From a virus (lineage: Duplodnaviria > Caudoviricetes), in IMG/VR virus record IMGVR_UViG_2814123293_000008, positions 1 to 64,000 of that record: a DNA stretch of 64,000 nucleotides; one strand, written 5' to 3'. How positions within the stretch are numbered: position 1 is the stretch's first letter; every line of letters begins with the position of its first letter. Below, piece after piece: positions 35,075-44,341 of the stretch. The notes beneath the pieces are model-generated. The model saw only the letters and a list, made by a program, of their open reading frames with translations. It ran no database searches and was not told where the DNA came from. A program made the position numbers and the translations under genes.

Positions 35075-35086
35075 AGAAGCTCCTTT

Positions 35087-35491
35087 TCATTCCATCGCCA
35101 CGCAACCACAGACTGTACATTGACCGTGAAAGTGTCCGTTGCTGCGCGCCCTTGCTCCGACCATCGTGCTCTTTCCTCCGCAGGAGGGGCAGTCCATGCG
35201 AACTTCCTCCGGCGGCTTGCTCCATTCCTCCGTAAGCGCGTCGGGCAGAAACCTTTGACCGCAGAAGACACACCGCTCCAAGCTGTACGGCATATTCCCG
35301 CAGGAGGGGCATTCGGGATATCTGCCGCTCCAATAATCCTCAGCCCAGCGAATATGTACCGGCTCAGCCTTGCCGTTTTCCTTATCATCGGCGGCGGGCT
35401 GGTGTTCGCAGGTATCGCAGTAAAACTCCTTCTTGCAGACCAAGCCCTTATCCCAATGGCAGTACATAGTGAGATCTCCGGTATCAATCAT
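35087..35491 (-). CDS. Cys-rich hypothetical protein
   Basis: CDTC, CPSC twice, CVFC, CTVC; ATG after GGAGG. Confidence 0.65.
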   Translation of the reverse strand: MIDTGDLTMYCHWDKGLVCKKEFYCDTCEHQPAADDKENGKAEPVHIRWAEDYWSGRYPECPSCGNMPYSLERCVFCGQRFLPDALTEEWSKPPEEVRMDCPSCGGKSTMVGARARSNGHFHGQCTVCGCVAME

Positions 35492-35903
35492 TTTTGTCGT
35501 CCTCCTTCGGCGGCGCAGGCAGCGGCATCCAATAGACAACTGCAACATCGCTTCTATCTCCGATACCGACATGGACGCTCCATTCCGCCCTTTCGGGAGC
35601 GCACCAGCCCATATAGACGCCCCATCTTTCGTTCCAATACGCGACAACGAGGACATTGCTACGATCTTCCGGTAACCTCTCTTTTACAGATACCCATTTT
35701 GGCATCCGTTTTGTCGCAGCATTCAGCTTCAATTCGAGCCGGCCGGAATAGCGCTTGCTATCCTCGAACATCATCCCCATCTTTACGATTTCGTCCGGCA
35801 TCAACTCTGTTGCTTCGTAAGAAGCCAGCCGCGCCAGCGCGACCTCATATCCGCGGCGGCAGTAAAGCCGCCCATCCTCGTCATACCATGTCAGCTTATC
35901 CAT
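35484..35903 (-). CDS. DUF551-domain protein
   Basis: WVSVKERLP...YWMPLPAPP signature. Confidence 0.8.
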   Translation of the reverse strand: MDKLTWYDEDGRLYCRRGYEVALARLASYEATELMPDEIVKMGMMFEDSKRYSGRLELKLNAATKRMPKWVSVKERLPEDRSNVLVVAYWNERWGVYMGWCAPERAEWSVHVGIGDRSDVAVVYWMPLPAPPKEDDKND

Positions 35904-36165
35904 TGCGTTCCTCCCTCGATTTGAAGTTGCCTGCCGCCCGGCAGCTCCCCCAGTGGGGAGCGAAGCCGGTGCCGGTGGCCTTGTGCGGATCTTCCGTATA
36001 CTCGCAGGAAATGACCTCGCCGTTGGGCGTGACGATCTTTTTACTGCCGGAACGGGGCTTTTCGATGTAATAGCGCGGGGTGGCGTCACACGGCATGGAC
36101 TTCCCGCCGGGTGTTCTGATCCAGACGATAGCCGCGCCGCAGCCTTTGCAGGTAGATGCTCTCAT
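35896..36165 (-). CDS. Zn-finger hypothetical protein
   Basis: CKGCGAAIVWI..GKSMPCD...PHWGSC. Confidence 0.7.
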   Translation of the reverse strand: MRASTCKGCGAAIVWIRTPGGKSMPCDATPRYYIEKPRSGSKKIVTPNGEVISCEYTEDPHKATGTGFAPHWGSCRAAGNFKSREERNG

Positions 36166-37535
36166 TCGTCGGTCACCTCCCCGAAAAGCTCATGTGTTCC
36201 GTCCTGGAGAGCCTTTTCATCGTCGGACATCTCGTAGCCCAGCTTGACGAGCAACGCATAGATGCGGTCCAGCTTCTCGTTTTCCTCGTGCTTCATGGTG
36301 TAGCTGTTCCAGTAGCTGCGGAAATAGCCCTCGGATTTGCCATCACCCAGGCGCGCATAGATCATTCGCAGGAGCGCCTTTTCGGGCGTCTTGCCGATTG
36401 CGTCGGTCACGGCCTGGAGCGTAAATGCGGCATCGTCCTCACCGTCCTCGTCATCTTCGGCAAGGGTCTCGGCGCCAGTAGCCTGCGCGATCTCCTCTTC
36501 GGTGAGCCAACCGGTATCGTCCCAGTATTCGGCGTAGGCCCACAGCGCCACGATGTCCGCAAGGCGCTTTTTGATGGCGGTTGTGGAAACGGTAGCCACG
36601 AAGTCGGCGCGAAGCTCGTAGGCGCGGGCGGTTGCTTCGGACAGCGCCTTTTCTGCGGCGTCCTTTCGCTCCTGCTTCAGCTGCTCCTCGCGCCCTTTCG
36701 CTTCTTCCTCCGGGGTAAGGGCGGTGGGCTCATCCTTGACCATCAGCACAATATAACCCCATGTTTCGACGAAGAAGAAATACTCAATGGTATCGGCATC
36801 CTCCGGGCGATCCACTTTGACTTCTCCGTTGGTGTAGAAGCTATTGACTCTCTTATAGCCGGTCTTGTCGGTAATCTGCGTCGCAAAGGTACTCAGCTGC
36901 TCTACCCATAGGGCTTTGCGCGCCTCTGCTGCTTCATCATTGATGGCTTGTTTCAGCTTGTACTTGAAGTTCTCGGTGCCGATGTAATCAAGCATTTCAT
37001 TCTTACGCTCCGGACTTTTCAGCTTGTCCAGCTCCATGTACTCGAAAAGGCTGACGCCGCGCTCCTCGGACTTCTTGAATTTGTCCTTATCCAGCTCCAG
37101 GAGCTTCACACGGCGCCGGACGGTGGTGGCGGAAAAACCGGACTTTTCCGCGATGTCCTCGACGGTATCGCCCATGTCAAGCATCATCTGGAAGCCCTGC
37201 GCCTGCTCATAGACCGTCAGATCGGACCGCTGCATATTCTCCGTGAGCATCGTACTCAGCTGCTCCCGCTCCGACATCTCGACCACGACGCAGGGAAGCT
37301 CCTCCAAACCAGCCAGCTTTGCGGCCGCAAGACGGCGGTGGCCGATGATGACGCGGTAGCTTTCTCCGTCCCACTTCTTTGTGATTTCCCCGATCAGCGG
37401 AACAACGGTGAGGTTTTGGAGTACGCCGTTGACCTTGATGCTCTCAGCCAGCTCGGTCACATCGCCCAGGTCCTTACGGGGGTTATCGGGATGCCCCCAC
37501 AGTTTACTGACCGGAATGTACTTGATTTCTGCCAT
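36162..37535 (-). CDS. ParB/Spo0J-family protein (phage early region)
   Basis: HPDNPRKDL, GVLQNLTV, IIGHRRLAAA, TENMQRSDL and HTH; no adjacent ParA. Confidence 0.88.
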   Translation of the reverse strand: MAEIKYIPVSKLWGHPDNPRKDLGDVTELAESIKVNGVLQNLTVVPLIGEITKKWDGESYRVIIGHRRLAAAKLAGLEELPCVVVEMSEREQLSTMLTENMQRSDLTVYEQAQGFQMMLDMGDTVEDIAEKSGFSATTVRRRVKLLELDKDKFKKSEERGVSLFEYMELDKLKSPERKNEMLDYIGTENFKYKLKQAINDEAAEARKALWVEQLSTFATQITDKTGYKRVNSFYTNGEVKVDRPEDADTIEYFFFVETWGYIVLMVKDEPTALTPEEEAKGREEQLKQERKDAAEKALSEATARAYELRADFVATVSTTAIKKRLADIVALWAYAEYWDDTGWLTEEEIAQATGAETLAEDDEDGEDDAAFTLQAVTDAIGKTPEKALLRMIYARLGDGKSEGYFRSYWNSYTMKHEENEKLDRIYALLVKLGYEMSDDEKALQDGTHELFGEVTDE

Positions 37536-37585
37536 AAAACGCTCCTTTCTTATGCCGAGCTTTGCCCCTCGGCTGGGACAGCTTA

Positions 37586-38770
37586 TTATTTTCGGCTCAT
37601 GCCGTTCACGCGGCACCAGTGCCGCTGGGCCTGCTTCTTCCTCGCGGTGCGGCAGGCCAAGCAGAAGCGATTTTCCTTGCGCTCATAGAAGGTAGCCCCG
37701 CAGCGGGCGCAGTATTGCGGGGGTATGCGGCGGAACTCTGTGCAGGAATCGCAGTCCTTGCACCCGGCGGCGCATCCGTCGAAGTCATCCCAGTTCATGC
37801 ACATAAACCGCTGCCAGTAGGGGTCATACCCGAGGTCGTTCATCCTCTTGCGGAGCAGTGCCGCCAGCGTGGAGAGGTCGCGCCGGACCTGCTGTCTGGT
37901 GCGCGAGATATAGAAGCTGTGCTTGACGTCCATCTCCGGGGCTCCGGATCCCCAGGGTCCGTCGCCGAGCATTTCACGCACCTTGTCCATGTTTTCGGTC
38001 AGGTAGTCGTTGTAGACCTTGGAGCGGACACATTTCTCCGACCGGCCTACGGCCTTCCCGATGGCGGCGTAGCTGTCGCCATTGCGAATACCGTCAACCA
38101 GTGCCTCAAAGTCCTCCGGTGACCATGTCCCACGCTTCCCGGTCAACTCCATAGCCACAGGCCGGTCTTTGATACCAAGGTCGCGGCAACGGCGGGAAAT
38201 CGCTCCATGGGAGCGGTGCATCATGTCGGAAATTTCGGCCCACGAATACTTGTGCAGGCTGACCAGCATTTTTAGGCGGGAGTCCTCTGTCGGTGTCCAT
38301 GCGTCCTTTCTCTGAAGCGCATAGGCCTCATAATCTTTTCGGCGCTGCCCCGGCAGCCAGTCTGGTTCCTCCCCCAGTGCCAGGGGCTCCATTTTGGAGA
38401 AATCCAGGAAAGAGCGGTTTTTCTCGGCCCACGCCCAGAATTCACCCAGGTAGACCACACGGATCGTCGATGCTCCCCGCCGCTTGTAGTGCAGGGGGAA
38501 GCCCCGGTTTTCCACCCAGCTTTTCATGAAATACTTATCCGATGATGCCCCGAAGCCAAGTGCGCGTGACAGTTGGTGCAGGGTGATGTATTCTCCACTC
38601 TCCAGGTAGGGCGGAAGCCCCAGCCGGTTTACCCTTACCATGATAGCGTTTTTTGTGCGGTTCAAGTGGCGGCAGATTCCATCGACCGTCACGGTACCCC
38701 AGCTCTCCCGGAGGTAGTTTTCTTCCTCCGCCGTCCATGTCCTTTTCCCAAGCGGCGGCGATACGCGCAT
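37586..38770 (-). CDS. DNA-binding protein with three Myb/SANT-like HTH repeats and Cys-rich tail
   Basis: WTAEEE.., WTPTED.., WSPEDF.. repeats; C-terminal CxxC clusters. Confidence 0.7.
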   Translation of the reverse strand: MRVSPPLGKRTWTAEEENYLRESWGTVTVDGICRHLNRTKNAIMVRVNRLGLPPYLESGEYITLHQLSRALGFGASSDKYFMKSWVENRGFPLHYKRRGASTIRVVYLGEFWAWAEKNRSFLDFSKMEPLALGEEPDWLPGQRRKDYEAYALQRKDAWTPTEDSRLKMLVSLHKYSWAEISDMMHRSHGAISRRCRDLGIKDRPVAMELTGKRGTWSPEDFEALVDGIRNGDSYAAIGKAVGRSEKCVRSKVYNDYLTENMDKVREMLGDGPWGSGAPEMDVKHSFYISRTRQQVRRDLSTLAALLRKRMNDLGYDPYWQRFMCMNWDDFDGCAAGCKDCDSCTEFRRIPPQYCARCGATFYERKENRFCLACRTARKKQAQRHWCRVNGMSRK

Positions 38771-38784
38771 TTTCTCCCCTCCCA

Positions 38785-39645
38785 TCAAAACAGTGTCAGC
38801 TGGCCGCCCTTGCCCTCGGACAATGTAGGCCCATTTGTGCCTGGCGGCTCCGGGGCCAGCGTTTCCGCCTGGCCTTTCGGAGCCGCCGTGAACAATACGC
38901 GATCCATCTGCACCCACAGCCGGCGCCAGTGCCAAACGTCCCGGAAGTACATGGGCGTGTACCAGACGTTTGGTCCGTCGCGAGGAATGAGCCCATGAGG
39001 ATCAATCCCTGTTATGGGGTGGGAGATACTGTCGTCTATGACCACATACCCAGGGCAGCCCATGAGGCTCAGCTGGATATAGCACATCATCCCTGCCAGG
39101 AAGTCGATGTCTTGGGCCACGAACAGCACCGACGTCTGGAAGTTGATGTCGTGGCCAGGGCGGCGGCACTCGTTTGCAAAGGCAATCAGCAGGGCCCCTG
39201 CTCCGCAGGCCGGGTCGTTAACGGCCACCCATCCCCTTTGTTCGATACGCGCCTTGAGATCGTCGCCGTAGGTCATGCCGGACATCGCCCGGCACACGGA
39301 GTACGGGGTGAAGAACTGCCCCTTCCACTTGTTGCTGAGGTCGAGGGCCATAAACAGCTCCCCGAGGAGGTCTTGATCGGGCTCTCGCTCCATTTCCATA
39401 GCCACCTCCGCCAGCATCTGTGCGAATACCTCCAGCTCCTTCCGGGAGTACCGGGAAGCGTGCTCCATGTACTCGCGCTCACGGGCCTCCCGGTGAGGGC
39501 CGCTCAGGACGTTCGCGATGCTGATGGCGGACATGATGATGAAGTCCTGCCACACTTCCCACCTGGAGTAGTGGCCGCACAAGCCGTCCAGCAACTTGAC
39601 GATATTCTTTTGGCACTCACCACGGAGACGGATGGCCTTTCCCAT
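38785..39645 (-). CDS. N6-adenine methyltransferase-fold protein with variant motif IV
   Basis: GQFFTP (motif X), NDPACGAGAL (motif I), YTPMY where NPPY is expected; C-terminal QLTLF. Confidence 0.8.
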   Translation of the reverse strand: MGKAIRLRGECQKNIVKLLDGLCGHYSRWEVWQDFIIMSAISIANVLSGPHREAREREYMEHASRYSRKELEVFAQMLAEVAMEMEREPDQDLLGELFMALDLSNKWKGQFFTPYSVCRAMSGMTYGDDLKARIEQRGWVAVNDPACGAGALLIAFANECRRPGHDINFQTSVLFVAQDIDFLAGMMCYIQLSLMGCPGYVVIDDSISHPITGIDPHGLIPRDGPNVWYTPMYFRDVWHWRRLWVQMDRVLFTAAPKGQAETLAPEPPGTNGPTLSEGKGGQLTLF

Positions 39646-39648
39646 GAC

Positions 39649-39825
39649 TTATCCCTCCGCTTCCGGCGCGCCGTCGGCGGCCTTCGCCTGGATGGCAGCC
39701 TTGGTCTTGGCGATGACAGACTTGACGCCCGCATCGAAGCCGCGCTGGTAGACTGTCTGGAGATATTTCTCCATCTGGGTCTTATCCATGTGTTTTACGG
39801 CCTTGTAGTCCTCACGCCTCATCAT
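39649..39825 (-). CDS. Hypothetical protein
   Basis: YKAVKHMDKTQMEKYLQTVYQRGF; coupled to neighbours. Confidence 0.65.
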   Translation of the reverse strand: MMRREDYKAVKHMDKTQMEKYLQTVYQRGFDAGVKSVIAKTKAAIQAKAADGAPEAEG

Positions 39826-40540
39826 CGCTCTCGCCCTCCTCGCCGTCATCGTCATCGGGGAGGTCACTGGGGAGCACCTCTCGCGGGTCGGAGCCGTTGT
39901 AGGGGCCGACCACGCCCAGACGCTCCAAGGCATCCAGGAGGCGGGCAGCCTTGGCATAGCCGATATTCATGCGTCGTTGCAAGAGGGCCGTGGAAGCCTT
40001 GTTCTCACCCCGGACGATACGGGTAGCCTCCTGGATGTCCGGGGCATCCTCGTCGAGCTCCTCGTCTCCGGGGATCTCGCCGTCGTCCTCGTATTCCTCC
40101 AGGGGCTCGGCGCCCTCCGGCGCGGGCGGGGCCTCGCTGTCGTCGGCCTCGTCCTCGTCGATGACGGGCATTACGCCGGGGCGCAGGGCGTTCTTCTCCA
40201 TCACATCCCGGAAGAAGTACTGCTGCCAGTAGGCAATCATCTTCACCAGGACGTTCTCGATTTTCCCCCGGAGGGTCTTGCTGATGGTGAAGGTGCCGCC
40301 GGTGACCTTCGTCTCCAGCACCCCGTCCTCGAAGATCCAGGTCATGGAGGCATCCGGGCTCCGATAGCCGACCTCCTCCACGTCCTCCAGCATAGACATC
40401 TGGGCTTCAACGCCCTGCACAGGCTTGATGGTGAGGGTGATTGGGTAGCGGTCTTTGATGAAGCGGTAAACAAGGTCGTGCTCGTCGCAAAGGCCCTGCA
40501 GCTTCTTCTTTTGGGCTTCATACATGGAAATCTCGCTCAT
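39812..40540 (-). CDS. Protein with stand-alone FtsK gamma winged-helix domain
   Basis: ASTALLQRRMNIGYAKAARLLDALERLGVVGP..GS.PREVL after an acidic linker; no ATPase domain. Confidence 0.85.
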   Translation of the reverse strand: MSEISMYEAQKKKLQGLCDEHDLVYRFIKDRYPITLTIKPVQGVEAQMSMLEDVEEVGYRSPDASMTWIFEDGVLETKVTGGTFTISKTLRGKIENVLVKMIAYWQQYFFRDVMEKNALRPGVMPVIDEDEADDSEAPPAPEGAEPLEEYEDDGEIPGDEELDEDAPDIQEATRIVRGENKASTALLQRRMNIGYAKAARLLDALERLGVVGPYNGSDPREVLPSDLPDDDDGEEGESDDEA

Positions 40541-40556
40541 GGTAATCTCCTTTCGT

Positions 40557-41069
40557 TCAGTCGAGCAGCTGCAGCGTGGCGTTCCACGCCGTATGCACTC
40601 GGTATCGCTCCAAGTCGGCCTCGGTGACATACTTGCGGCCGAAAAGCTCTTTCATGGCCCTCCATGTGGGCCAGGGGATGCGGTAGACCTCACCGGAGCC
40701 GAAGCCAGCCAAAACATAGCATCTTGCCCCCAAGCGTTCGTGCCGGTCAAGATATTCGCTCTGGGTCCGTTCCACGCGATCCTGCTCCATCCGGTCCTTC
40801 GCCGTGAATTTCGCCTCGAACATGACGGTGCGGCCGCCCTTGATGGTTCCCTTGTAGTCGGGCTGGGCCTTCTTCTCAAAGAAAGCGATGAACTTGCCGT
40901 TGCCCAGATTTTTGGTCGGGCGCATGGGCTCCGGGGTCTTTTCGATGATGGCGTACCCGCAGTCGCGGTAGTAGGCGAAGGAGGCGTCCAGGCGCTCCTC
41001 GAAGTGCTTGCCCTTGGCCTTGCTGATTTTCCCCATCAGCTGCCGGCGTGGGTCCTTATCCTTGCTCAT
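40557..41069 (-). CDS. recU: RecU-family Holliday junction resolvase
   Basis: GKHFE, IIEKTPEP, PDYKG, FEAK motifs. Confidence 0.85.
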   Translation of the reverse strand: MSKDKDPRRQLMGKISKAKGKHFEERLDASFAYYRDCGYAIIEKTPEPMRPTKNLGNGKFIAFFEKKAQPDYKGTIKGGRTVMFEAKFTAKDRMEQDRVERTQSEYLDRHERLGARCYVLAGFGSGEVYRIPWPTWRAMKELFGRKYVTEADLERYRVHTAWNATLQLLD

Positions 41070-41248
41070 TCGATATACCCTCCCAAATAGCATCCGGCGG
41101 CAAATAGCCCGAGCTCCAAGGCCGCCAAGCAAAACGATTCCGGACGGTCGAGGGTGCCGGTATCGCTGCCCCCGGCCGCTACCAGCATGATAAAGAAACC
41201 GATGCCGGCCACCACGCCGCAGGCAGTTCTAAACTTGCTTCTTCTCAT
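41066..41248 (-). CDS. Small two-TM membrane protein
   Basis: Two hydrophobic segments; ATG after GGGAG. Confidence 0.55.
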   Translation of the reverse strand: MRRSKFRTACGVVAGIGFFIMLVAAGGSDTGTLDRPESFCLAALELGLFAAGCYLGGYIE

Positions 41249-41252
41249 AAAG

Positions 41253-41870
41253 TCACTCCCAGGCATAGGCGTAACAGAACACATGGCCGCCGATCTTGCC
41301 CCACACGCGGTCGTTTTCTCCGCTCTGGGAGAAGAACACCACATCGGCCGGCAGGATGGAGGGGCCGTACAGGGCTGCGTCGATAGCGTCATACTGGGCT
41401 TGGGTTGGCTCCGCTTTCGGCAAGAGGCCGATGGTGGAGAACTGCGGCACCGCCTTTCCCTCTCCCTGGTGCAGCACCTCGTTTACGCTGTCCGGAAAGT
41501 CCGGGGAAATCACCCTGTTCAGGATGACCTCGGCCACTGCCTGTTGCCCCTCGGCCGGCTCTCCGCGAGCCTCCAGGTAGATGATCGCCGCCAGCTCGGC
41601 GCGCTCCGCCTCGGTCATGGAGACATCCGCATATCGGGCCATCACCGTCGGTGTCGGCTCCGGGGTCGGAATTGCCTCTACGATATAGGTAGGCTCCGGC
41701 CGCAATACAGCCGTTTCCTGGGGCGTTGCCTCCGGGGTGGTAGATACCTCGCCCGCCACCGGCTCCGCCTCTATACGGGCGATTATCAGCGTTGCAACGA
41801 CCGCCAGGAGCAGCACCAGTGCGATGCGCTGCGCCCAAGCCCGGCGGCGGTAGCTTTTTCTCGTTCTCAT
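41253..41870 (-). CDS. SleB-like cell wall hydrolase (Hydrolase_2), membrane anchored
   Basis: IIYLEARGE, AVAEVILNRV, QFS, IGGHVF motifs; N-terminal TM. Confidence 0.88.
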   Translation of the reverse strand: MRTRKSYRRRAWAQRIALVLLLAVVATLIIARIEAEPVAGEVSTTPEATPQETAVLRPEPTYIVEAIPTPEPTPTVMARYADVSMTEAERAELAAIIYLEARGEPAEGQQAVAEVILNRVISPDFPDSVNEVLHQGEGKAVPQFSTIGLLPKAEPTQAQYDAIDAALYGPSILPADVVFFSQSGENDRVWGKIGGHVFCYAYAWE

Positions 41871-42376
41871 GGACTCAACTCCTTCTTTTTCCCGGAGGTC
41901 AGCCGCGCCACCGCCCCGGGCACTTCTTTTCGCATCAGCTTTTCGTACATATCCCGGAACTCGTAGTAGTTCCAGCTTCCTTCTCCCTTGGTGGCGAACT
42001 TCTCCATACCGCCCAGGGCGTCAATCACGGCCTTAACGTCGCTATTGGTGGGTAGCCTCTGATACCATTCCTGCGGCGACTTATCCAGCAAGCGGGAGAA
42101 CTTGATCTCGTTCCACTCCAGGTCAATGCGTGACCTGATTTCCTGCTGGACGTTGTCTGCTTTTTCCTTAAACTCCGCAATAGAGGGAGGAAATTTGCAC
42201 TCGCGGCACAGCCGGATAACAGCCTGCTGGCCCAGCCAGAAGTCCACGTCGGAGAGGCAGTCTGTCCAGAGCTCGATGGTCGGCCCCAGTTTGGCGACGC
42301 CACCCTTGAACATTTCAGCGTTGGGCCACGCAAGGAGCATGACACTGAAAATCTCCGTCATTTCCTTCTTGGTCAC
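41867..42376 (-). CDS. Helicase loader/inhibitor (G39P-like)
   Basis: MTKKE..., LWTDCLSD, KFPPSIAEF; directly after the initiator. Confidence 0.7.
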   Translation of the reverse strand: MTKKEMTEIFSVMLLAWPNAEMFKGGVAKLGPTIELWTDCLSDVDFWLGQQAVIRLCRECKFPPSIAEFKEKADNVQQEIRSRIDLEWNEIKFSRLLDKSPQEWYQRLPTNSDVKAVIDALGGMEKFATKGEGSWNYYEFRDMYEKLMRKEVPGAVARLTSGKKKELSP

Positions 42377-42380
42377 AACA

Positions 42381-43178
42381 TCACCCCTCACCGAACAGCT
42401 CGTGGAGCTCCCGCAGATCCTCCGCAGCACCCTGGGATGCGCTTTTCCTCGTGCCGCCCACTGGGGCCGACGTCCGTTCAAGTCCCCAGCGCCCCTTGCT
42501 GCATTTCCGAATGACGAGATTCCAGTCCTTCCACTTGTTCTTATTGCCGGTGGTCTGGGCGGCCTCGTCGACATAGGTAATGCAGCGGGCCAGCTCGTCC
42601 GGCCCCAGGTCGCGGGTGAGGCGGTCCATCTCCTCGTCGGTAAGGCGCACCCATCCGTACTGGCCGCGCTTGTGGCGCACCTGCCTTTCCGGGGTAGCCT
42701 CGGCGCCGTCGCTGCCTTTCCTGGGTGGGGGAGGCAGCTCGCTGCCCGCCGGCGGCTGGTCGGTCCAGTGTTCATAGGGAACGCTCACGCTGTCCCGCTC
42801 GTTGTAGCGGTCGGCCAGATACTCCCGGAAGCTGTCACACTTCACCGTCCGAATCTCAGCCAGCAGGGGCTTATCCAGCTTTTCCGAGGCGTTCCAGTTG
42901 TAGCGATACCAGTTGAGCACCAGGAGCTCCTTCGTGGGGGCGCTGTATCGGATGACATTGTGCGCCCCATCCAGCCGCTTCAAGAGCCGCTCCACGGTGT
43001 CGGTATTGTACCCCAGCTCATGGGCAATCTGCTTGATGCTGACCTCGTAACAGCCGCAGAGGTTGGTGTGAGGATTGGTCAGGCACCAGAGGTATGCGTA
43101 CTTGTCCTCCGGCGTGAAATCATCTTCCACCTTGCCGTCCATCCAGAAATTTGTGCTGATAAGGCGTCCCTTGGCCAC
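42381..43178 (-). CDS. Phage replication initiator
   Basis: FWMDGKV.DDFTPEDKY.YLWCLTNPHTNLCGCYE wHTH N-terminus; helical C-terminal domain; GTG start. Confidence 0.8.
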   Translation of the reverse strand: MAKGRLISTNFWMDGKVEDDFTPEDKYAYLWCLTNPHTNLCGCYEVSIKQIAHELGYNTDTVERLLKRLDGAHNVIRYSAPTKELLVLNWYRYNWNASEKLDKPLLAEIRTVKCDSFREYLADRYNERDSVSVPYEHWTDQPPAGSELPPPPRKGSDGAEATPERQVRHKRGQYGWVRLTDEEMDRLTRDLGPDELARCITYVDEAAQTTGNKNKWKDWNLVIRKCSKGRWGLERTSAPVGGTRKSASQGAAEDLRELHELFGEG

Positions 43179-43235
43179 ACTTGCGTCACCTCCTTTTGGT
43201 GGCGGGCCGCCGCCCGAAGGGACGGCCCGCACAGG

Positions 43236-43736
43236 TCAGAACGGGAGCTCCCCGTCATCGTCATCGCCCAGCTCCGCGAAGTCTCCGCCGCCGTAGTTGG
43301 AGGGCGGATAGCCCCCGGCCGGTGGGCCAGACCGCCCGGACGGTGGAGGCGCATACCCGCCGTAGGCGTCCTGCGGGTAGCCGCCTTGGTAGCCCCCGCC
43401 TCCGTCCCCGTCCCTCTTGGAGTCCCCGAAGTACACGTTGTCGGCGACGACCTCGGCCGAGCGGCGCTTGTTCCCGTCCCGGTCCTGCCAGGGGCGGATC
43501 TGCAGCCGCCCCTCCACCACGGCCATGCGGCCCTTGGTGAAGTACCGGGACACGAACTCCGCAGAATTGCGCCAGGCCACCACGTCGATGAAGTCCGTGG
43601 ACTTCTCGCCGGTGGTCTTGTCCTTGAAGTCCCGGTCCACCGCCAGGGAGAAGGAGGCGACGGCCGTGCCGCTCTGGGTGCGGCGAAGCTCTGGATCACG
43701 GGTCAGCCGACCCATGATGATGATTCTATTGAGCAT
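43236..43736 (-). CDS. ssb: Single-stranded DNA-binding protein
   Basis: MLNRIIIMGRLTRDPELR, DFIDVVAW, VEGRLQ, acidic tail DDDGELPF. Confidence 0.97.
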   Translation of the reverse strand: MLNRIIIMGRLTRDPELRRTQSGTAVASFSLAVDRDFKDKTTGEKSTDFIDVVAWRNSAEFVSRYFTKGRMAVVEGRLQIRPWQDRDGNKRRSAEVVADNVYFGDSKRDGDGGGGYQGGYPQDAYGGYAPPPSGRSGPPAGGYPPSNYGGGDFAELGDDDDGELPF

Positions 43737-43965
43737 CGCCCTCCACCTCCGGTTTGCCCAGGAGCACCTTGTTCCGGGCCTTCTTGATGGCATCCAAAAC
43801 GGTGCCAACGGCATACTTGTTTTCGCCCAGGACCGTGGCCTCCAGGACGTCGCGCTCCGCCTCAGCCCGCACCAGCTCCTCAAAGCGATCCTGCGGCACC
43901 AGCACGAAGCCGGGCTCCAGGCACAGCTGCGCCAGCAGCTCCTCGGGGCTTCTCTTTTCATCCAT
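43726..43965 (-). CDS. Hypothetical protein
   Basis: ATG after GAGGAGG; coupled to ssb. Confidence 0.6.
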   Translation of the reverse strand: MDEKRSPEELLAQLCLEPGFVLVPQDRFEELVRAEAERDVLEATVLGENKYAVGTVLDAIKKARNKVLLGKPEVEGDAQ

Positions 43966-44341
43966 GTGAACTTCCTCCTCTCGTTTCGTTCTCGATGATA
44001 TGAATGGCCTTGCGACACTGCGCCACATCGAACATCCCGATATGGGTCTGCTCCACGGGCAAGCCCATCTTCTGGGCCAGCCATCCATAAGCCGCGTTGC
44101 GGTGGCCGCGGAAACGCCCCCGCTGCCACAGGGGGTCGAAAACGGCGTGGGCCCGCTTCTTCCAGTAGCGGAGCTCCGCGTTGGACAGCCGGCCCAGGGG
44201 CTTGTCGGTGCCCTTGTGAACACCGACGTAGGCCATGCAATTCCGGCAGAGGTACATCATGCCGTAGCTCTTGCCGTAGACGACCTTGCTGTCCACATAC
44301 TCAGCCTCGCGGCCGCAGTAGTCGCAATGAACCTTTCTCAT
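43958..44341 (-). CDS. DUF3268-like zinc-finger protein
   Basis: CDYCG, LCRNC.AYVGVH, PLGRL, HIGMFD motifs. Confidence 0.8.
   Translation of the reverse strand: MRKVHCDYCGREAEYVDSKVVYGKSYGMMYLCRNCMAYVGVHKGTDKPLGRLSNAELRYWKKRAHAVFDPLWQRGRFRGHRNAAYGWLAQKMGLPVEQTHIGMFDVAQCRKAIHIIENETRGGSSHG

Noticed and set aside
36162-37535. Phage ParABS partition system
   Set aside because: The ParB-family gene has no neighbouring ParA; the only parA belongs to the ICE-like region.
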